DNA of 52,218 nt from an uncultured Spartobacteria bacterium (GTDB lineage Bacteria > Verrucomicrobiota > Verrucomicrobiia > Chthoniobacterales > UBA6821): assembly GCA_903823215.1 (NCBI GenBank), contig CAIJRY010000142.1:1-52218 (forward strand), written 5' to 3'. Position numbers and translations under genes: made by a program. A model generated the notes under the pieces. That model made no database searches and was not told the origin of the DNA. It saw only the letters and a list, made by a program, of their open reading frames with translations. Shown piece by piece: positions 1 to 11,354 of the stretch. The first letter of the stretch is position 1; each line of letters begins with the position of its first letter.

Positions 1-1570
1 TCCAGCGGCTCAATCATCTCAATTCAGCGTGGTCTTCAGCTTTATCAACACCAGCCAAGGGATACCCACCTCATTTTTCGGTACGCAGAACAACTTCCTG
101 AATGGCGCTCCCAATGCCCAGTTCCAAAGCGGAAGATGGGATCCGATTGGCTACTCGCTGACCGGTGCACCAAATATTACCTATACCATTGGTATGGGAA
201 CGGATGTTTACAGTCTTTCTGTCCGATTCTGGCTGAATACTCAGAACGGCATCCTCGGTGGCAATTACTACCCGAACGGGACACCTGTCGCCTCAAATTC
301 CCCGGCTTCTTCCGTCACACCAAGCGGGACGGGATCCACTTCCTCCAGCAGCGTTGGTTCAGCACCGCAGGCTTCATCAGTCCCGATCAATCCCGCCACG
401 GGACAGGTCTATGCATCCAATATCAATCCCTCCAAGCAGCTCAATATCAATGCCTACAACGCCTCGGGATTGATTGATCATGTGGCCAACAACCAACTCA
501 CGAGTAACACCGATTTCAACAACGTCATCACGACGCTCGCATTCTTGCCAACCGCTGCACAGACCGAGCAGGCACTCGACCAGATCCTTGCAGAGCCCTA
601 TGCTTCGATCATCAGCGTCACGATGGAGTCGATCAATAACTTCCGTCAGGCTTGCATGAGAGCTGCTTGGAGTGGCAAAAAAATCAAGCTTCCTGAAGAC
701 GAGCGCTGGAGCGTCTTCACCGATGTCGGTAATAATCAGGCCAATATGACAGGAACCAGAGATGGTCTGGCAAATTTCAACTACAATATCTTTCAATCGA
801 TCCTCGGAGTGGAGTATGCCGTCACCAAGGATTTCACGACGGGCGTGGTGATGGGCTACGGATATGACAGAGCAGGGGGCTTCCAATACACGAGCGCTAA
901 CCTCTATGCAAACAGCGTCAACATGGCCCTCCTCCAAAAATACAATCCCGGCAACTTCCGATTTGCAGGATTGATTGGCTACAGCGACTTTCAGTACAGC
1001 TCGACCCGTCAGATCAACTTCGGATCACCCTCTGCGGGATTCATCAATCGTCAGGCCAGTGGACGGTGGCAATCAGATGGCTTGGTCGCTGCACTCAATG
1101 CGGGCTACGAGCAGAAGTTGGGGCCGCTTGTCTTTACGCCGAGTCTTCTCTTTTCCTATGTGTATCAACTCCAACAGGGATTCACGGAGACGGGAGCCAA
1201 TTCCCTGAACCTGCAGGTCAATGCCGCCCAGGCCAGTTCCATGATTCTTGCCCCGGGATTTCAGATGGAGGCACCCATCAGGCTCTCAAAAAGTCTCATT
1301 CTCACACCCAAGGCTTTTGCCTCATGGGAGCATGACTTTCTTGCCAATCAGGCACAGAACCGCGAGGTCAATGCTTCCTTTGCGAGTGTTCCGCAACCCG
1401 GATCGCTCACAGTCTTCGGAGTCAACCGTGGTGCGGATGCCGTCAATGTCGAGGCCGGCCTGGAACTGACCGTGAATGAAAAATGGGCCGTCTATGCCGG
1501 GGCCCAATACCAGTATTGGGGGACGGATCAAGAACTCGGCTATAACGGAGGTCTTCGTTACAGCTGGTAG
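1..1570 (+). CDS. autotransporter-type outer-membrane protein, C-terminal beta-barrel translocator region (5' end runs off the window)
   Basis: The frame is open to the window edge, with no in-frame stop in 2..28, so the listed GTG at 29 is probably internal. A Ser/Thr/Gly-rich passenger-like segment is followed by a long run of alternating-hydrophobic beta strands. It ends ...GYNGGLRYSW with a terminal aromatic, the classic autotransporter/OMP C-terminus. Confidence 0.7.
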   Translation, partial: PAAQSSQFSVVFSFINTSQGIPTSFFGTQNNFLNGAPNAQFQSGRWDPIGYSLTGAPNITYTIGMGTDVYSLSVRFWLNTQNGILGGNYYPNGTPVASNSPASSVTPSGTGSTSSSSVGSAPQASSVPINPATGQVYASNINPSKQLNINAYNASGLIDHVANNQLTSNTDFNNVITTLAFLPTAAQTEQALDQILAEPYASIISVTMESINNFRQACMRAAWSGKKIKLPEDERWSVFTDVGNNQANMTGTRDGLANFNYNIFQSILGVEYAVTKDFTTGVVMGYGYDRAGGFQYTSANLYANSVNMALLQKYNPGNFRFAGLIGYSDFQYSSTRQINFGSPSAGFINRQASGRWQSDGLVAALNAGYEQKLGPLVFTPSLLFSYVYQLQQGFTETGANSLNLQVNAAQASSMILAPGFQMEAPIRLSKSLILTPKAFASWEHDFLANQAQNREVNASFASVPQPGSLTVFGVNRGADAVNVEAGLELTVNEKWAVYAGAQYQYWGTDQELGYNGGLRYSW

Positions 1571-1589
1571 AAAATTATGTCCTGCCGCC

Positions 1590-2651
1590 CTACTTCAGTT
1601 CCGGCGGGAGAGGCAAACTCTTGATCTGCTGTACGGCATCGCGGTGACAGACAAGGATCGCATCTTCGGTTTCGACCACCACCAGATCACTGACTCCGCA
1701 GAGAGCCACGGTGCGTTTCCCTGCCACAACAATGTTCCGTGACGAATCAAGCGAGACTACCGAGCCTTTCAGGGTGTTCTCGTTGGCATCCTTGCCGAGA
1801 TGGGCAGGAAGTGCTGTCCACGAACCGACATCATCCCAGTCGTATTCAGCGATAACGGCCGCAACACTGGCAGCCTTTTCCATGATGGCAAAATCGACGG
1901 AGATTTTCGGAAGAGTTGGAAAGATCTCCCGGAGGTATGAGTCGAGGTTTTCAGCGGAGGCAACCCCGTGGATGAAGCGTTCCAGCTCGGGTTGGTGCTG
2001 CCTACATTCGCCCAGAAAAGTCTCTGCCTGCCAGAGGAACATGCCTGCATTCCAGCCATGCTTTTTCCCAGCGAGAAATTCTTCTGCGCGGGCGGCATCA
2101 GGTTTTTCGACAAAGCGTTCGACGACAACGAAACGGGATGTTCCAGCCGTCTCAATATCGGCTCCCAACTGGAGATAACCAAAGCCAGTGGAGGCGTGGG
2201 TTGGAGTAATGGAGAATGTGAGGATTGCCGGATTGCTGGCAACGAACTCTGCTGCCTCGGTAAGCTGCCTGCGGAAGGTTGAGGCATCATGGATCATTGC
2301 ATCGGCTGGGAAGAGAGCAACGATGGCATCGGCGCGATGACTTCGGGCGATGCCCGTGGCCAAGGCAGCAGCGGGTGCGGTATCGCGCTTGGCAGGCTCG
2401 GCGATAATGTTTGCTGGCCGCAGGAAGGGGAGGGCTCGCTTGGTCGGTTCCAACTGGGCGATATTGGTCAGGATAAAGATCTGCTCCAACGGGACGATCC
2501 CCTCAAATCGCCGTACTGTCTGCTCTAGCAGCGTCTCGTCCCCCATAAGTCTGAGGAGATGTTTCGGCGTGACGGTGCGGCTCGCAGGCCAGAATCGCTC
2601 TCCGCTCCCTCCCGCCATGATGAAGACGAAGAGGCGGTCGAGTGTGGACAT
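1590..2651 (-). CDS. manC: mannose-1-phosphate guanylyltransferase (short form, no PMI domain)
   Basis: 353 aa. The N-terminal nucleotidyltransferase motif is FIMAGGSGERFWPASR, with downstream FPADAMI, GFGYL and WNAGMFLW blocks typical of GDP-mannose pyrophosphorylase. Confidence 0.8.
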   Translation of the reverse strand: MSTLDRLFVFIMAGGSGERFWPASRTVTPKHLLRLMGDETLLEQTVRRFEGIVPLEQIFILTNIAQLEPTKRALPFLRPANIIAEPAKRDTAPAAALATGIARSHRADAIVALFPADAMIHDASTFRRQLTEAAEFVASNPAILTFSITPTHASTGFGYLQLGADIETAGTSRFVVVERFVEKPDAARAEEFLAGKKHGWNAGMFLWQAETFLGECRQHQPELERFIHGVASAENLDSYLREIFPTLPKISVDFAIMEKAASVAAVIAEYDWDDVGSWTALPAHLGKDANENTLKGSVVSLDSSRNIVVAGKRTVALCGVSDLVVVETEDAILVCHRDAVQQIKSLPLPPELK

Positions 2652-2692
2652 GGGGGAAGGATGAAACCGGAACGCTTAAACTTGAAGGAAAA

Positions 2693-5380
2693 TTAACCGA
2701 GCGAGATAAGCGATGCTCTCAGGGTTTCCAGCTTCTTACTCCATTTGATGCGCCTTTCGCGGTGATCTTCCAGCACGGCGGCTGGGACTTTGTCCACGAA
2801 AGCAGGGTCATTGAGCTTGGATTCCACCTTTGCGATTTCCATTTCCACCTTGGTTATCTCAGCGGTGAGCCGTTTTTTTTCAGCATCCAGATCGATCAAA
2901 CCTTCAAGCGGGAGGTAGATACTACCAAAACCCGTTAGCACACTTGGAGTGCCTGATTGAGGAAGCTCCGGAGGATTTATTTCCACCTGAGATTTGGTAA
3001 GTGCCTCAAAAATCGATTTGTCACTATGGAGTGCCTCGGCTGTCGGGCCAGAGACAATCAAGCGAACCTCTTGCTTCGGTGGTATTTTGAATTCTGCGCG
3101 GAGATTGCGTACCAAGCTTATGGTTTGGTAGAGAAGCGGAACCATGAGCGATGCATCAGAGACCTTTTTCTCACTGATGCCGGTCAGGAGTTTTTCCTTG
3201 GGAGGTTTTGTGTAGAGGAGGAAGCCCTTGCGTTCACAAGTGCCCGAGGCGGAGGAGGGGGCGGTAAAGCCCATCCGCTTCCAGAGTTCCTCCGTAATGT
3301 GCGGCATGAGCGGATGAAGGAGTCTCAGTACGCCGGAGAGAACAGAGTCCATCGTGGCGAGAATCGCGCTTCGGGCAGCGGCATCATTGCCATTCAGAAT
3401 CGGCTTGGCCGCCTCGACAAACCAGTCGCAATAATCACCCCAGAAAAAATCATAGAGCAACCCCGCCACTGCATGAAAACGGTAGTCTTTGTAGGCGTCT
3501 GCTAATGCGGCATGCATCGAGTCAAAGCGCTCCAGCACATGGATTGCGATGGCAGGTAGTTCGTGATGGCTGATACCCGGCGCAGTTTTACTCGATCCTT
3601 GCATCTCGCGGAAGCGGCAGGCATTCCAGAGTTTGTTGGCGAAGTTGCGACCTTCCTCGACCACCTTTTCGTCAAACTTGATATCCTGTCCCTGTGGTGC
3701 GACGCGGATGATGCCGAAGCGAAGACCATCGGCTCCATACTTGGCGATAAGGTCTAGAGGATCAGGTGAATTTCCGAGGCTCTTCGACATCTTGCGCCCT
3801 GATTTGTCACGAATGATGCCGGTGAAATAGACATCCTTGAAAGGGATTTCTCCAGTGTATTCCAGTCCTGCCATGATCATACGGGCAACCCAGAAGAAGA
3901 TAATATCGGGACCAGTGACCAGAACGCTGGTGGGATAGAATTTTGCCCTCGTCGCCTCATCCATCGTGTCATGCGCCCAGAGCCAGGAGGAGAACCAAGT
4001 GTCAAGCACATCGGAGTCCTGAGTCCAGTCGTCACCGGGGGATTCCAGTTGTGCGCGGATTCCGGCATTCTCTCCTTGCGGAGGATACCACACCGGAATG
4101 CGGTGCCCCCACCAGAGCTGGCGGCTAATACACCAGTCTTGGATATTCTCGAGCCAGTGGTCGTAGACCTTTTCCCAGCGATCGGGGAAGAAGCGGATCA
4201 GTCCATCCTTCACGGCAGCACGGGCCTCGATGGTCTTCGGATATTTCAGGAACCATTGCTCGCTCAGGCGCGGCTCCACAGGGACATCAGCCCGTTCACT
4301 GAAGCCAACATTATTCTCATACGGCTCCTCCTTGGTCAGCAGTCCCAGTTCACGCAGGCGCTCGACGGCCTCTGCGCGAGCCTCGAATCGATCCAGTCCT
4401 GCAAAGCCCTCGCCGGCAAGGTCATTCAATGTCCCATTCGGATTCATGATGTCGATCATGGGTAAGTGATGCCGGAGTCCGATTTCGTAATCGGCCTTAT
4501 CATGGGCAGGGGTGACTTTGAGAACGCCTGTACCGAATTCAAAATCCACAGCCTCATCACCGATGATCGGGAGCAGATATTCCGTTTCGAGCGGGAGGGG
4601 GCGGCGTACATGCTGACCGATGAGGTGGGCGTAACGGGCATCCTTCGGATTCACGGCGATGGCCGTATCACCGGGTATCGTCTCAGGTCGCGTGGTTGCA
4701 ATTTCCATCCAGGTGCCGGGACTTTCCACCACCTCTAACTTGAAATGATAAAGGTATCCTTTCTGTTTCTTGGGAATGACTTCCTCATCGCTCAGGGCAG
4801 TCAGTGAAACGGGGCACCAGTTGACCATCCGCTTGCCGCGATAGATCAGCCCCTTGCCATAGAGATCAATGAAGACCTCCTGCACTTTGCGCGCATAGGC
4901 CTCGTCCATGGTGAAGCGTTCACGGCTCCAGTCGCATGAACAGCCGAGCTTTTTCAACTGATTGATAATGATGCCGCCATGTTTTTCCTTCCACTCCCAC
5001 ACCTTAGCGAGAAAGGCCTCGCGACCGAGATCATGGCGGGTCTTTTTCTCCTCCTTACGGAGTTGCCGTTCTACGACCGTCTGTGTGGCGATGCCTGCAT
5101 GATCCGTACCGGGAAGCCAGAGAACCTCGTGGTCGGTCTGGCGAGCACGGCGGGCGAGAATATCCTGAAGAGTATTATTAAGTACATGGCCGAGTGTCAG
5201 CACGCCGGTGACATTCGGAGGTGGGATGACTAGCGAGTAAGGAGGGGCTTTCGATGCAGGGTCGGCAGTGAAGCAACCTGAAGTTGTCCAGCGATCATAC
5301 CAGACCTGCTCGACTTCACCAGGGGCGTAGGCCTTCGAGATTTCTGAAGTAGGTTCGCTTGGTTTGGGAATGTCACTCAT
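2693..5380 (-). CDS. valS: valyl-tRNA synthetase
   Basis: Class I aaRS motifs [13 protein letters not shown] (HIGH-type) and KMSKSLGN (KMSKS), plus a C-terminal coiled-coil tail. The start is trimmed to ATG at 5380 (MSDIPKP...). The 23 upstream codons of the ORF look like read-through of the leader. Confidence 0.93.
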   Translation of the reverse strand: MSDIPKPSEPTSEISKAYAPGEVEQVWYDRWTTSGCFTADPASKAPPYSLVIPPPNVTGVLTLGHVLNNTLQDILARRARQTDHEVLWLPGTDHAGIATQTVVERQLRKEEKKTRHDLGREAFLAKVWEWKEKHGGIIINQLKKLGCSCDWSRERFTMDEAYARKVQEVFIDLYGKGLIYRGKRMVNWCPVSLTALSDEEVIPKKQKGYLYHFKLEVVESPGTWMEIATTRPETIPGDTAIAVNPKDARYAHLIGQHVRRPLPLETEYLLPIIGDEAVDFEFGTGVLKVTPAHDKADYEIGLRHHLPMIDIMNPNGTLNDLAGEGFAGLDRFEARAEAVERLRELGLLTKEEPYENNVGFSERADVPVEPRLSEQWFLKYPKTIEARAAVKDGLIRFFPDRWEKVYDHWLENIQDWCISRQLWWGHRIPVWYPPQGENAGIRAQLESPGDDWTQDSDVLDTWFSSWLWAHDTMDEATRAKFYPTSVLVTGPDIIFFWVARMIMAGLEYTGEIPFKDVYFTGIIRDKSGRKMSKSLGNSPDPLDLIAKYGADGLRFGIIRVAPQGQDIKFDEKVVEEGRNFANKLWNACRFREMQGSSKTAPGISHHELPAIAIHVLERFDSMHAALADAYKDYRFHAVAGLLYDFFWGDYCDWFVEAAKPILNGNDAAARSAILATMDSVLSGVLRLLHPLMPHITEELWKRMGFTAPSSASGTCERKGFLLYTKPPKEKLLTGISEKKVSDASLMVPLLYQTISLVRNLRAEFKIPPKQEVRLIVSGPTAEALHSDKSIFEALTKSQVEINPPELPQSGTPSVLTGFGSIYLPLEGLIDLDAEKKRLTAEITKVEMEIAKVESKLNDPAFVDKVPAAVLEDHRERRIKWSKKLETLRASLISLG

Positions 5381-5697
5381 GGGCAGCAGGAAAGCAAACA
5401 CATGGATGCTGAGAAAAACAAGTTCTCTATCCCTCTGATGATCTTCCAAGATAACAGAAAACAGTTTCTAACCCTTGCGGCTCGCAGCATTCTTGGCTCA
5501 CTCTACCGATGGACAAAGATTGGTTTCAACTCGTGGTCAATCAATACGATGCTTATCTCTGGTTGTACTGGGCTCTCTGGAACCAAGGAGACTGTGACGA
5601 TGACTTATGAGGATGGATCACCTCGCTAAGTTTCTGGGAGCAAATAACGCGTTTGTTTTTCAATCCCTTGGAATAAACTCCAAGATTCCGACGCTGA

Positions 5698-6774
5698 TTG
5701 ATCATGAATACCCCCCTTTCTCTAACCTGTCTTTTCTCCCTTATTCTCCTTAGCAGTTGCGGGCCGAGCCATGCCAACCAATCAGGATCCAACCAAAGCA
5801 TCAACACCATGACAACGCCAATGCAACCGATTCCTCCCGCGGAGCGTAAACAAAAGCTGACTCCCATGCAGTACGAGGTGACGCAGCATGCAGCCACAGA
5901 ACCGGCTTTTCATAATGAGTTCTGGGACAATCATCAACCTGGAATCTATGTTGATGTCGTCTCAGGCAAGCCTCTCTTCAGTTCACTGGATAAGTTTGAT
6001 TCCGGATGCGGATGGCCCAGCTTCAGCAAGCCTGTAGATCCAAAAGTAGTCGTGGAAAAGACTGATACAACCTTTGGTATGGAACGCACCGAGGTTCGCT
6101 CCGAGGGGGCAGATTCACATCTGGGCCATGTCTTTGACGACGGTCCCGGTCCCACCCATCTGCGCTATTGCATTAACTCAGCTTCGCTCCGATTCATACC
6201 CGTCGATCAAATGGAGAAGGCCGGTTACGGATCGCTCCTGGCACCTTTCATCAAAGCAGGGGTGGTCAAGGCTCCTGCCGGGAAGCCAAAACAGGAAACA
6301 GCCATCGTGGCTGGGGGATGTTTCTGGGGGATGCAGGAGATCATCCGCAAGATTCCCGGAGTGATCAGTTCGACGGTGGGATACACTGGCGGAACGATTC
6401 CCAATCCTACCTACGAAATGGTTTGTTCCCATACCACAGGGCAGGCTGAGGCAGTGAAGGTCAGCTTCGATCCGGGCGTGCTCAGCTACAATGAGTTCCT
6501 ACACTTCTTTTTCAGGATGCACGATCCCACCACCCTGAACCGTCAGGAAAACGATATTGGCAACCAATACCGTTCGGCGATCTTCTACACAAGTGAGGAG
6601 CAGAAGCAAACCGCCCTCAAAGTGAAGGAGGAAGTCGATAAATCAGGAAAGTGGAAGAAACCCGTAGTTACCGAAATTACCAAGGCGACGACCTTCTATC
6701 CAGCTGAAGAGTATCATCAGGATTATCTGCAAAAGAACCCTAGTGGCTACATGTGCCACTATCTGCGTAACTAA
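5698..6774 (+). CDS. msrAB: exported bifunctional methionine sulfoxide reductase, MsrB domain followed by MsrA domain, probable lipoprotein
   Basis: Signal peptide with lipobox LLSSC. The MsrB block is [10 protein letters not shown]...[11 protein letters not shown]. The MsrA block is GGCFWGMQE...YHQDYL. Confidence 0.88.
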   Translation: MIMNTPLSLTCLFSLILLSSCGPSHANQSGSNQSINTMTTPMQPIPPAERKQKLTPMQYEVTQHAATEPAFHNEFWDNHQPGIYVDVVSGKPLFSSLDKFDSGCGWPSFSKPVDPKVVVEKTDTTFGMERTEVRSEGADSHLGHVFDDGPGPTHLRYCINSASLRFIPVDQMEKAGYGSLLAPFIKAGVVKAPAGKPKQETAIVAGGCFWGMQEIIRKIPGVISSTVGYTGGTIPNPTYEMVCSHTTGQAEAVKVSFDPGVLSYNEFLHFFFRMHDPTTLNRQENDIGNQYRSAIFYTSEEQKQTALKVKEEVDKSGKWKKPVVTEITKATTFYPAEEYHQDYLQKNPSGYMCHYLRN

Positions 6775-6849
6775 ATCTGTAAGATTATTCCCTGAGTAAA
6801 AACTTGTCAGGTAATGCCGCTTTGATGTAAAGTTGCTCTCCTTAAAAAA

Positions 6850-7110
6850 ATGACGACAACAGAAACAGCAGAAATTGCAGCACTCCGGCTGCATGACAAC
6901 GACACCGGTAGTGCCGATGTGCAGGTAGCCAATCTCACACAGAGAATCACATTGCTGACCGAGCACCTCAAAGGCAACGCCAAGGATCACTCCTCCCGTC
7001 GCGGTCTACTTAAGATGGTTGCCACGCGCCGCCGTCTCCTTGATTATCTGAAAAATACCGCTTCCGAGCGTTATCAGGCGGTCATCGAGAAGCTCAATCT
7101 ACGCAAGTAG
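6850..7110 (+). CDS. rpsO: 30S ribosomal protein S15
   Basis: 86 aa with ...[48 protein letters not shown]. It lies immediately upstream of pnp, as in most bacteria. Confidence 0.95.
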   Translation: MTTTETAEIAALRLHDNDTGSADVQVANLTQRITLLTEHLKGNAKDHSSRRGLLKMVATRRRLLDYLKNTASERYQAVIEKLNLRK

Positions 7111-7367
7111 CCATTTTTCGGAGGCCCGGTTTTTCTCTGCGGGTCTGACAAGACCTGGGTACCGAGATCGGGCAACCGGCAATCCTTGCCTCATATCCCT
7201 TACCTTTTATGACCTCTTAGTTAAGAGGGATTCTCCTCATTGGAGAGAAAGGCAAATAACACCCATTACCCAATACAGGCCCCCATTCAGGGAGCCATCC
7301 GCATCCAAGGGCAATCACTAATTTTGCCCGTATCGGATCCCGTATTCCAACCCAAGAAACAACACCC

Positions 7368-9506
7368 ATGTCACACACTACTATTACGGCCAATGTCGGT
7401 CAAAATCCCATCTCCTTTGAAACCGGCAAGATTGCCAAGCTCGCCGATGGCGCGGTGATGGTTCGCTCCGGCGAGACCATCGTTTTTGTAAGCGCAGTCT
7501 CCGCCACCACGATCAAGGATGGGCAGGATTTCTTCCCGCTCACTGTCGATTACAAGGAAAAAGCTGCCGCAGTCGGTAAATTTCCCGGCGGTTACTTCAA
7601 GCGCGAGGGGCGGCCCAGCGAGAAGGAAATCCTTACTTCCCGCATGACGGACCGTCCTCTGCGTCCCCTTTTCCCGAAGGGGTATTTCTACGACACCCAG
7701 ATCATCAGCATCCTCCTCTCGGCGGATGGGGAGATCGATCCCGATATCCTTTCGATCAATGGAGCTTCCGCAGCCCTTTGCGTGTCAGACATTCCATTTG
7801 AGAAGCCCATTGCTGCTGTTCGCGTAGGCCGCATCGGTGGTCAGTTTGTGGTCAATCCCACTCACACCCAGCGTGAAGAAAGCGATCTCGATCTCGTCTA
7901 TGTCGGCGATGGAGAGCAGGTCATCATGATCGAAGGCGCTGCTAACGAGCTTCCCGAGGAGGAGTTCAAGCGTGCCCTTGATTTTGCCCGCGATCAATCC
8001 AAGTCTCTTATTGCCGCCCAGCGCGAGCTGATTGCCGCCGCTGGCAAGCCCAAGCGCGAGTACAGCGTTCTTGCCGTCGATCAGGGAATGCTTGAGATTG
8101 CTTATGCAGTCGCAGGCGACCGCATCGAGTCCGCCCTCTACATCCCCAGCAAGGTTGCCCGTGGCAAGGCCGTCGGCGCACTACGTGAAGAGGTGAAAGC
8201 CAAGATTCTGGAGAGCTTCCCGGCTGCTACCAACTTCGAAATTTCCCAAGCATTTGACTATCTCCAGAAGAAGGCCTTCCGTGTCAGCATTCTTGATAAA
8301 CAGAAGCGCTGCGATGGTCGTGGACTTTTCGAACTGAGACAGCTTTCCAGCGAGACATCCATTTTACCCCGTGCCCACGGTTCCGCACTCTTTGCCCGTG
8401 GCGAGACTCAGGCCATGGCGCTTGCCACATTGGCCACGACCGATGAAGCCCAGATGATCGACGGATACGGTGGAGGCGAAACCACCAAACGTTTTCTGCT
8501 TCACTACAACTTCCCACCGTTCAGTGTGGGTGAGACAGGCCGTTTTGGAGGTCAGAACCGTCGTGAAATCGGTCATGGTGCGCTCGCCGAGCGTTCCGTC
8601 TTCCCTGTGATCCCGTCACAGCAGGATTTCCCTTACGCGTTGCGTGTGACCAGCGAGGTCATGGAGTCCAACGGCTCCACTTCGATGGCATCGGTTTGCG
8701 CCGGTGTGCTTGCGCTCATGGATGCCGGTGTTCCGATTAAGCGTCCTGTCGCCGGTATTTCGGTCGGTCTCGTGACCGAGAATGACGATCAGGGCAATCT
8801 CTCCCGCCATACTCTGTTGACCGATATCATCGGTAGTGAGGATCACTTCGGTGACATGGACTTCAAGCTTTGCGGCACCGATGAGGGGGTCACTGGATTC
8901 CAACTCGATCTCAAACTTCCCGGAATCAGCCATGAACTCATGGCCGCTGCCATCGATGACGCCCGTAAAAACCGCGGGCTCATCATCGATCATATGAAGC
9001 AGACCCTCGGTTCGCATCGCACGGAGATGAGCAAGTATGCTCCGCGGATCGAGACAGTGAAGGTTCCTCAGGACAAAATCGGCCTCATCATCGGCCCGGG
9101 CGGCAAGACCATCAAGGGGATCGTTGCCGAGACCGGTGCCGAGATCAACATTGAGGATGACGGATCAGTACACATCTACTCCAGTAATGGTGAGAGCCTG
9201 AAGCGTGCCAAAGAGATCATCGAAGGAATGACCCGTGAGATCACGGTTGGCGACATCTATCAAGGGACTGTTGTGTCGATCAAAGATTTCGGTGCTTTTG
9301 TTGAGGTGCTTCCAGGAAAAGATGGTCTCGTTCATATCTCCGAATTGGCCGACGCTCGCGTCAATAGAGTCGAGGATGTCGTTAAGAGCGGGGATGTTAT
9401 CTGGGTCAAGTGCATCGGCGTCGATGACAAGGGGCGCGTGAAATTGAGCCGCAAGGCAGCGATGAAAGAGCGGGATCAGGCTGCGGTTGCAGAGCCTGTT
9501 GCCTAA
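7368..9506 (+). CDS. pnp: polyribonucleotide nucleotidyltransferase (PNPase)
   Basis: 712 aa with two RNase PH-like domains, a KH segment (GPGGKTIKGI) and a C-terminal S1 domain (GTVVSIKDFGAFVEV). The rpsO-pnp synteny supports the call. Confidence 0.95.
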   Translation: MSHTTITANVGQNPISFETGKIAKLADGAVMVRSGETIVFVSAVSATTIKDGQDFFPLTVDYKEKAAAVGKFPGGYFKREGRPSEKEILTSRMTDRPLRPLFPKGYFYDTQIISILLSADGEIDPDILSINGASAALCVSDIPFEKPIAAVRVGRIGGQFVVNPTHTQREESDLDLVYVGDGEQVIMIEGAANELPEEEFKRALDFARDQSKSLIAAQRELIAAAGKPKREYSVLAVDQGMLEIAYAVAGDRIESALYIPSKVARGKAVGALREEVKAKILESFPAATNFEISQAFDYLQKKAFRVSILDKQKRCDGRGLFELRQLSSETSILPRAHGSALFARGETQAMALATLATTDEAQMIDGYGGGETTKRFLLHYNFPPFSVGETGRFGGQNRREIGHGALAERSVFPVIPSQQDFPYALRVTSEVMESNGSTSMASVCAGVLALMDAGVPIKRPVAGISVGLVTENDDQGNLSRHTLLTDIIGSEDHFGDMDFKLCGTDEGVTGFQLDLKLPGISHELMAAAIDDARKNRGLIIDHMKQTLGSHRTEMSKYAPRIETVKVPQDKIGLIIGPGGKTIKGIVAETGAEINIEDDGSVHIYSSNGESLKRAKEIIEGMTREITVGDIYQGTVVSIKDFGAFVEVLPGKDGLVHISELADARVNRVEDVVKSGDVIWVKCIGVDDKGRVKLSRKAAMKERDQAAVAEPVA

Positions 9507-9547
9507 GCACACAATAAATACCTTCCTCAAAGAGGAACTCATGCAAG

Positions 9548-9580
9548 ACCCGAAGGGAGAAAAACCCTTCGGGTTTTTTT
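9548..9580 (+). terminator. intrinsic terminator after pnp
   Basis: ACCCGAAGGG (9548-9557) pairs perfectly with CCCTTCGGGT (9565-9574). The loop is 7 nt and a run of seven T follows. Confidence 0.8.
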
Positions 9581-9643
9581 GTGGCGATGTTGTAACAAAG
9601 AAAGTCTTGTCCGTATTTGATTGGGCGATAAGCTGTACTTCTC

Positions 9644-11344
9644 ATGAATTTACGCAAAACTTCATTCCTTGCAGCAGGGATTGCGATACTCGGTGGCTTG
9701 ACCATACAGCAGGCCACGGCGCAAAATGCAACTCCATCGCCTGTGTCCCAAAAATCGTTTTTGGCTAGTTGGTGGGGCGGAAAAGGGGCCACGGCCAACT
9801 GGCTTGGCTTGGGTAAGAAAGCCGAGGATTATGGACTGACTGTGACTGGTGACTGGCAGGGCAACTACTATGGGAATACGACAGGGGGATATCGTACGGG
9901 AAGCGCCTTTGACGAGCAGATCAAGCTCGGGTTCGCCTACGATTTTGGCAAGATTTTCGGCCTGACAGGACTCAAGGCATATTCAAACCTCCGCTACCGG
10001 GACGGAAATGACATCAACAACATCACAGGAGCCGCCAATGGCTTCAACCCTTCTAACATTCAGAGTGGCAAGGAATTGCGCCTGATGGCCCAATATCTGG
10101 AATACACCACTTCCAATGGCAAACTGATGATCAATGCTGGTTGGATGAACCCCTACGATCAGTTTCTTCAACAGCCTCTATCCAAGCTGTTCATGAACAA
10201 TCAGATTGCGAGTAACAAGGGAATCGGCGGTAACATGGGAGCGGGGGCCAAGCAGTACTGGCCCGGCAATGCCCGATACAACGGAAATGCGGCTTCCAAG
10301 ATCCCGTGGTCCAGCACCTATGACAGTTGGGGAGGAACATTGAAAGTGAAGCCCACCAAGGAAACCTATGTCATGAGCGGTCTTTATATGGCGATTCCCA
10401 ATGCCGGTGGAGCCACTCAATCCGTATATAGCCCGACACAAGTTTCTCCCTACACAGCCGTTCCCAAGAATCAGCAGGGTCAGGCGAACCCTGCGTCCAA
10501 GGGAACCATCAACAATAATGGAGTGTCCAGCTTTGGGGGTGCCGGGTGGAATGCCGTCGGAGCAGGGCAGCCAAATGGTAATAACGGAAATCCGAACGGT
10601 CTTTACAGTGTGACTGAATGTGGATGGGAGCCGAAATTTGGCAAGGACAAGCTCGAAGGAAAATATGCCTTTGGCATGATCTGGTGGGGCATACAGAATC
10701 AGGACTTCCTCCCTGTGAATCAGTCCGGCACGGGAAAATCAGCCAAGGCCTATAACGCCGGTCCTTTCAACATGGGTGCTTGGGCCTTCTACTGGCAGGC
10801 TGATCAAATGCTCTATCGTGTCCATGAAACACAACAGACCATCTTCTCAGCTGATGGCAAAAGTGTGGTGGATGCCAAAAACCCCACGGAGGTCGCCAAG
10901 CCAACCCTCTCCAAGAAGGGACTTTACATGTTCAACGCCTTCACCTTCTCTCCGCAGCAATACAGCCTGCTCGATTTCTACTACCAGACCGGCTTGGTCT
11001 ATCAGGGGCTGATTCCGGGCCGCCCGGAAGACCGCATGGGACTTGCCTTTGGCACTGCATGGTTCAGCTCGCAGGCTGCTTCTGCCTACAATCAAACCTA
11101 TTCCATTAACACGGCTGCAATTCAGGCGAGCAATGCTTCCTTGAAGAAGGGGCAGAGTCCCGCTGCCATCTATCCCGCCCAGCCACAGCCAAGCTGGGGT
11201 GGAGTACTCGAATTCGATTACCAGATCATGGTGAACAAATGGTTTTCCGTGAAGCCCTTTGCCGAATACATCATGAATCCGCAGCAGAATGGAACATTGG
11301 GTAACGAACTGGTACTCGGTTCCCAGGTGGCGCTCAAATTTTAG
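9644..11344 (+). CDS. outer-membrane porin, OprB-like (carbohydrate-selective porin family)
   Basis: Signal peptide ending ATAQ. The N-terminal block LTVTGDWQGNYYGNTTGG...LRYRDG...LRLMAQYLEY resembles OprB-family porins. The protein is beta-strand rich and ends ...VALKF with a terminal Phe. Confidence 0.6.
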   Translation: MNLRKTSFLAAGIAILGGLTIQQATAQNATPSPVSQKSFLASWWGGKGATANWLGLGKKAEDYGLTVTGDWQGNYYGNTTGGYRTGSAFDEQIKLGFAYDFGKIFGLTGLKAYSNLRYRDGNDINNITGAANGFNPSNIQSGKELRLMAQYLEYTTSNGKLMINAGWMNPYDQFLQQPLSKLFMNNQIASNKGIGGNMGAGAKQYWPGNARYNGNAASKIPWSSTYDSWGGTLKVKPTKETYVMSGLYMAIPNAGGATQSVYSPTQVSPYTAVPKNQQGQANPASKGTINNNGVSSFGGAGWNAVGAGQPNGNNGNPNGLYSVTECGWEPKFGKDKLEGKYAFGMIWWGIQNQDFLPVNQSGTGKSAKAYNAGPFNMGAWAFYWQADQMLYRVHETQQTIFSADGKSVVDAKNPTEVAKPTLSKKGLYMFNAFTFSPQQYSLLDFYYQTGLVYQGLIPGRPEDRMGLAFGTAWFSSQAASAYNQTYSINTAAIQASNASLKKGQSPAAIYPAQPQPSWGGVLEFDYQIMVNKWFSVKPFAEYIMNPQQNGTLGNELVLGSQVALKF

Positions 11345-11354
11345 GCTTGGGATT

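Noticed and set aside
5583-5629. AAGGAG followed by a 9-codon mini-ORF (MTYEDGSPR) upstream of the msr gene
   Set aside because: It is too short to evaluate and there is no attenuator structure nearby. It is likely fortuitous.
7111-7367. Possible regulatory hairpins in the rpsO-pnp spacer (for example CCTCTT-AGTT-AAGAGG)
   Set aside because: The stems are short and imperfect. The analogy to the E. coli RNase III-processed pnp leader is only positional and cannot be supported from the sequence alone.
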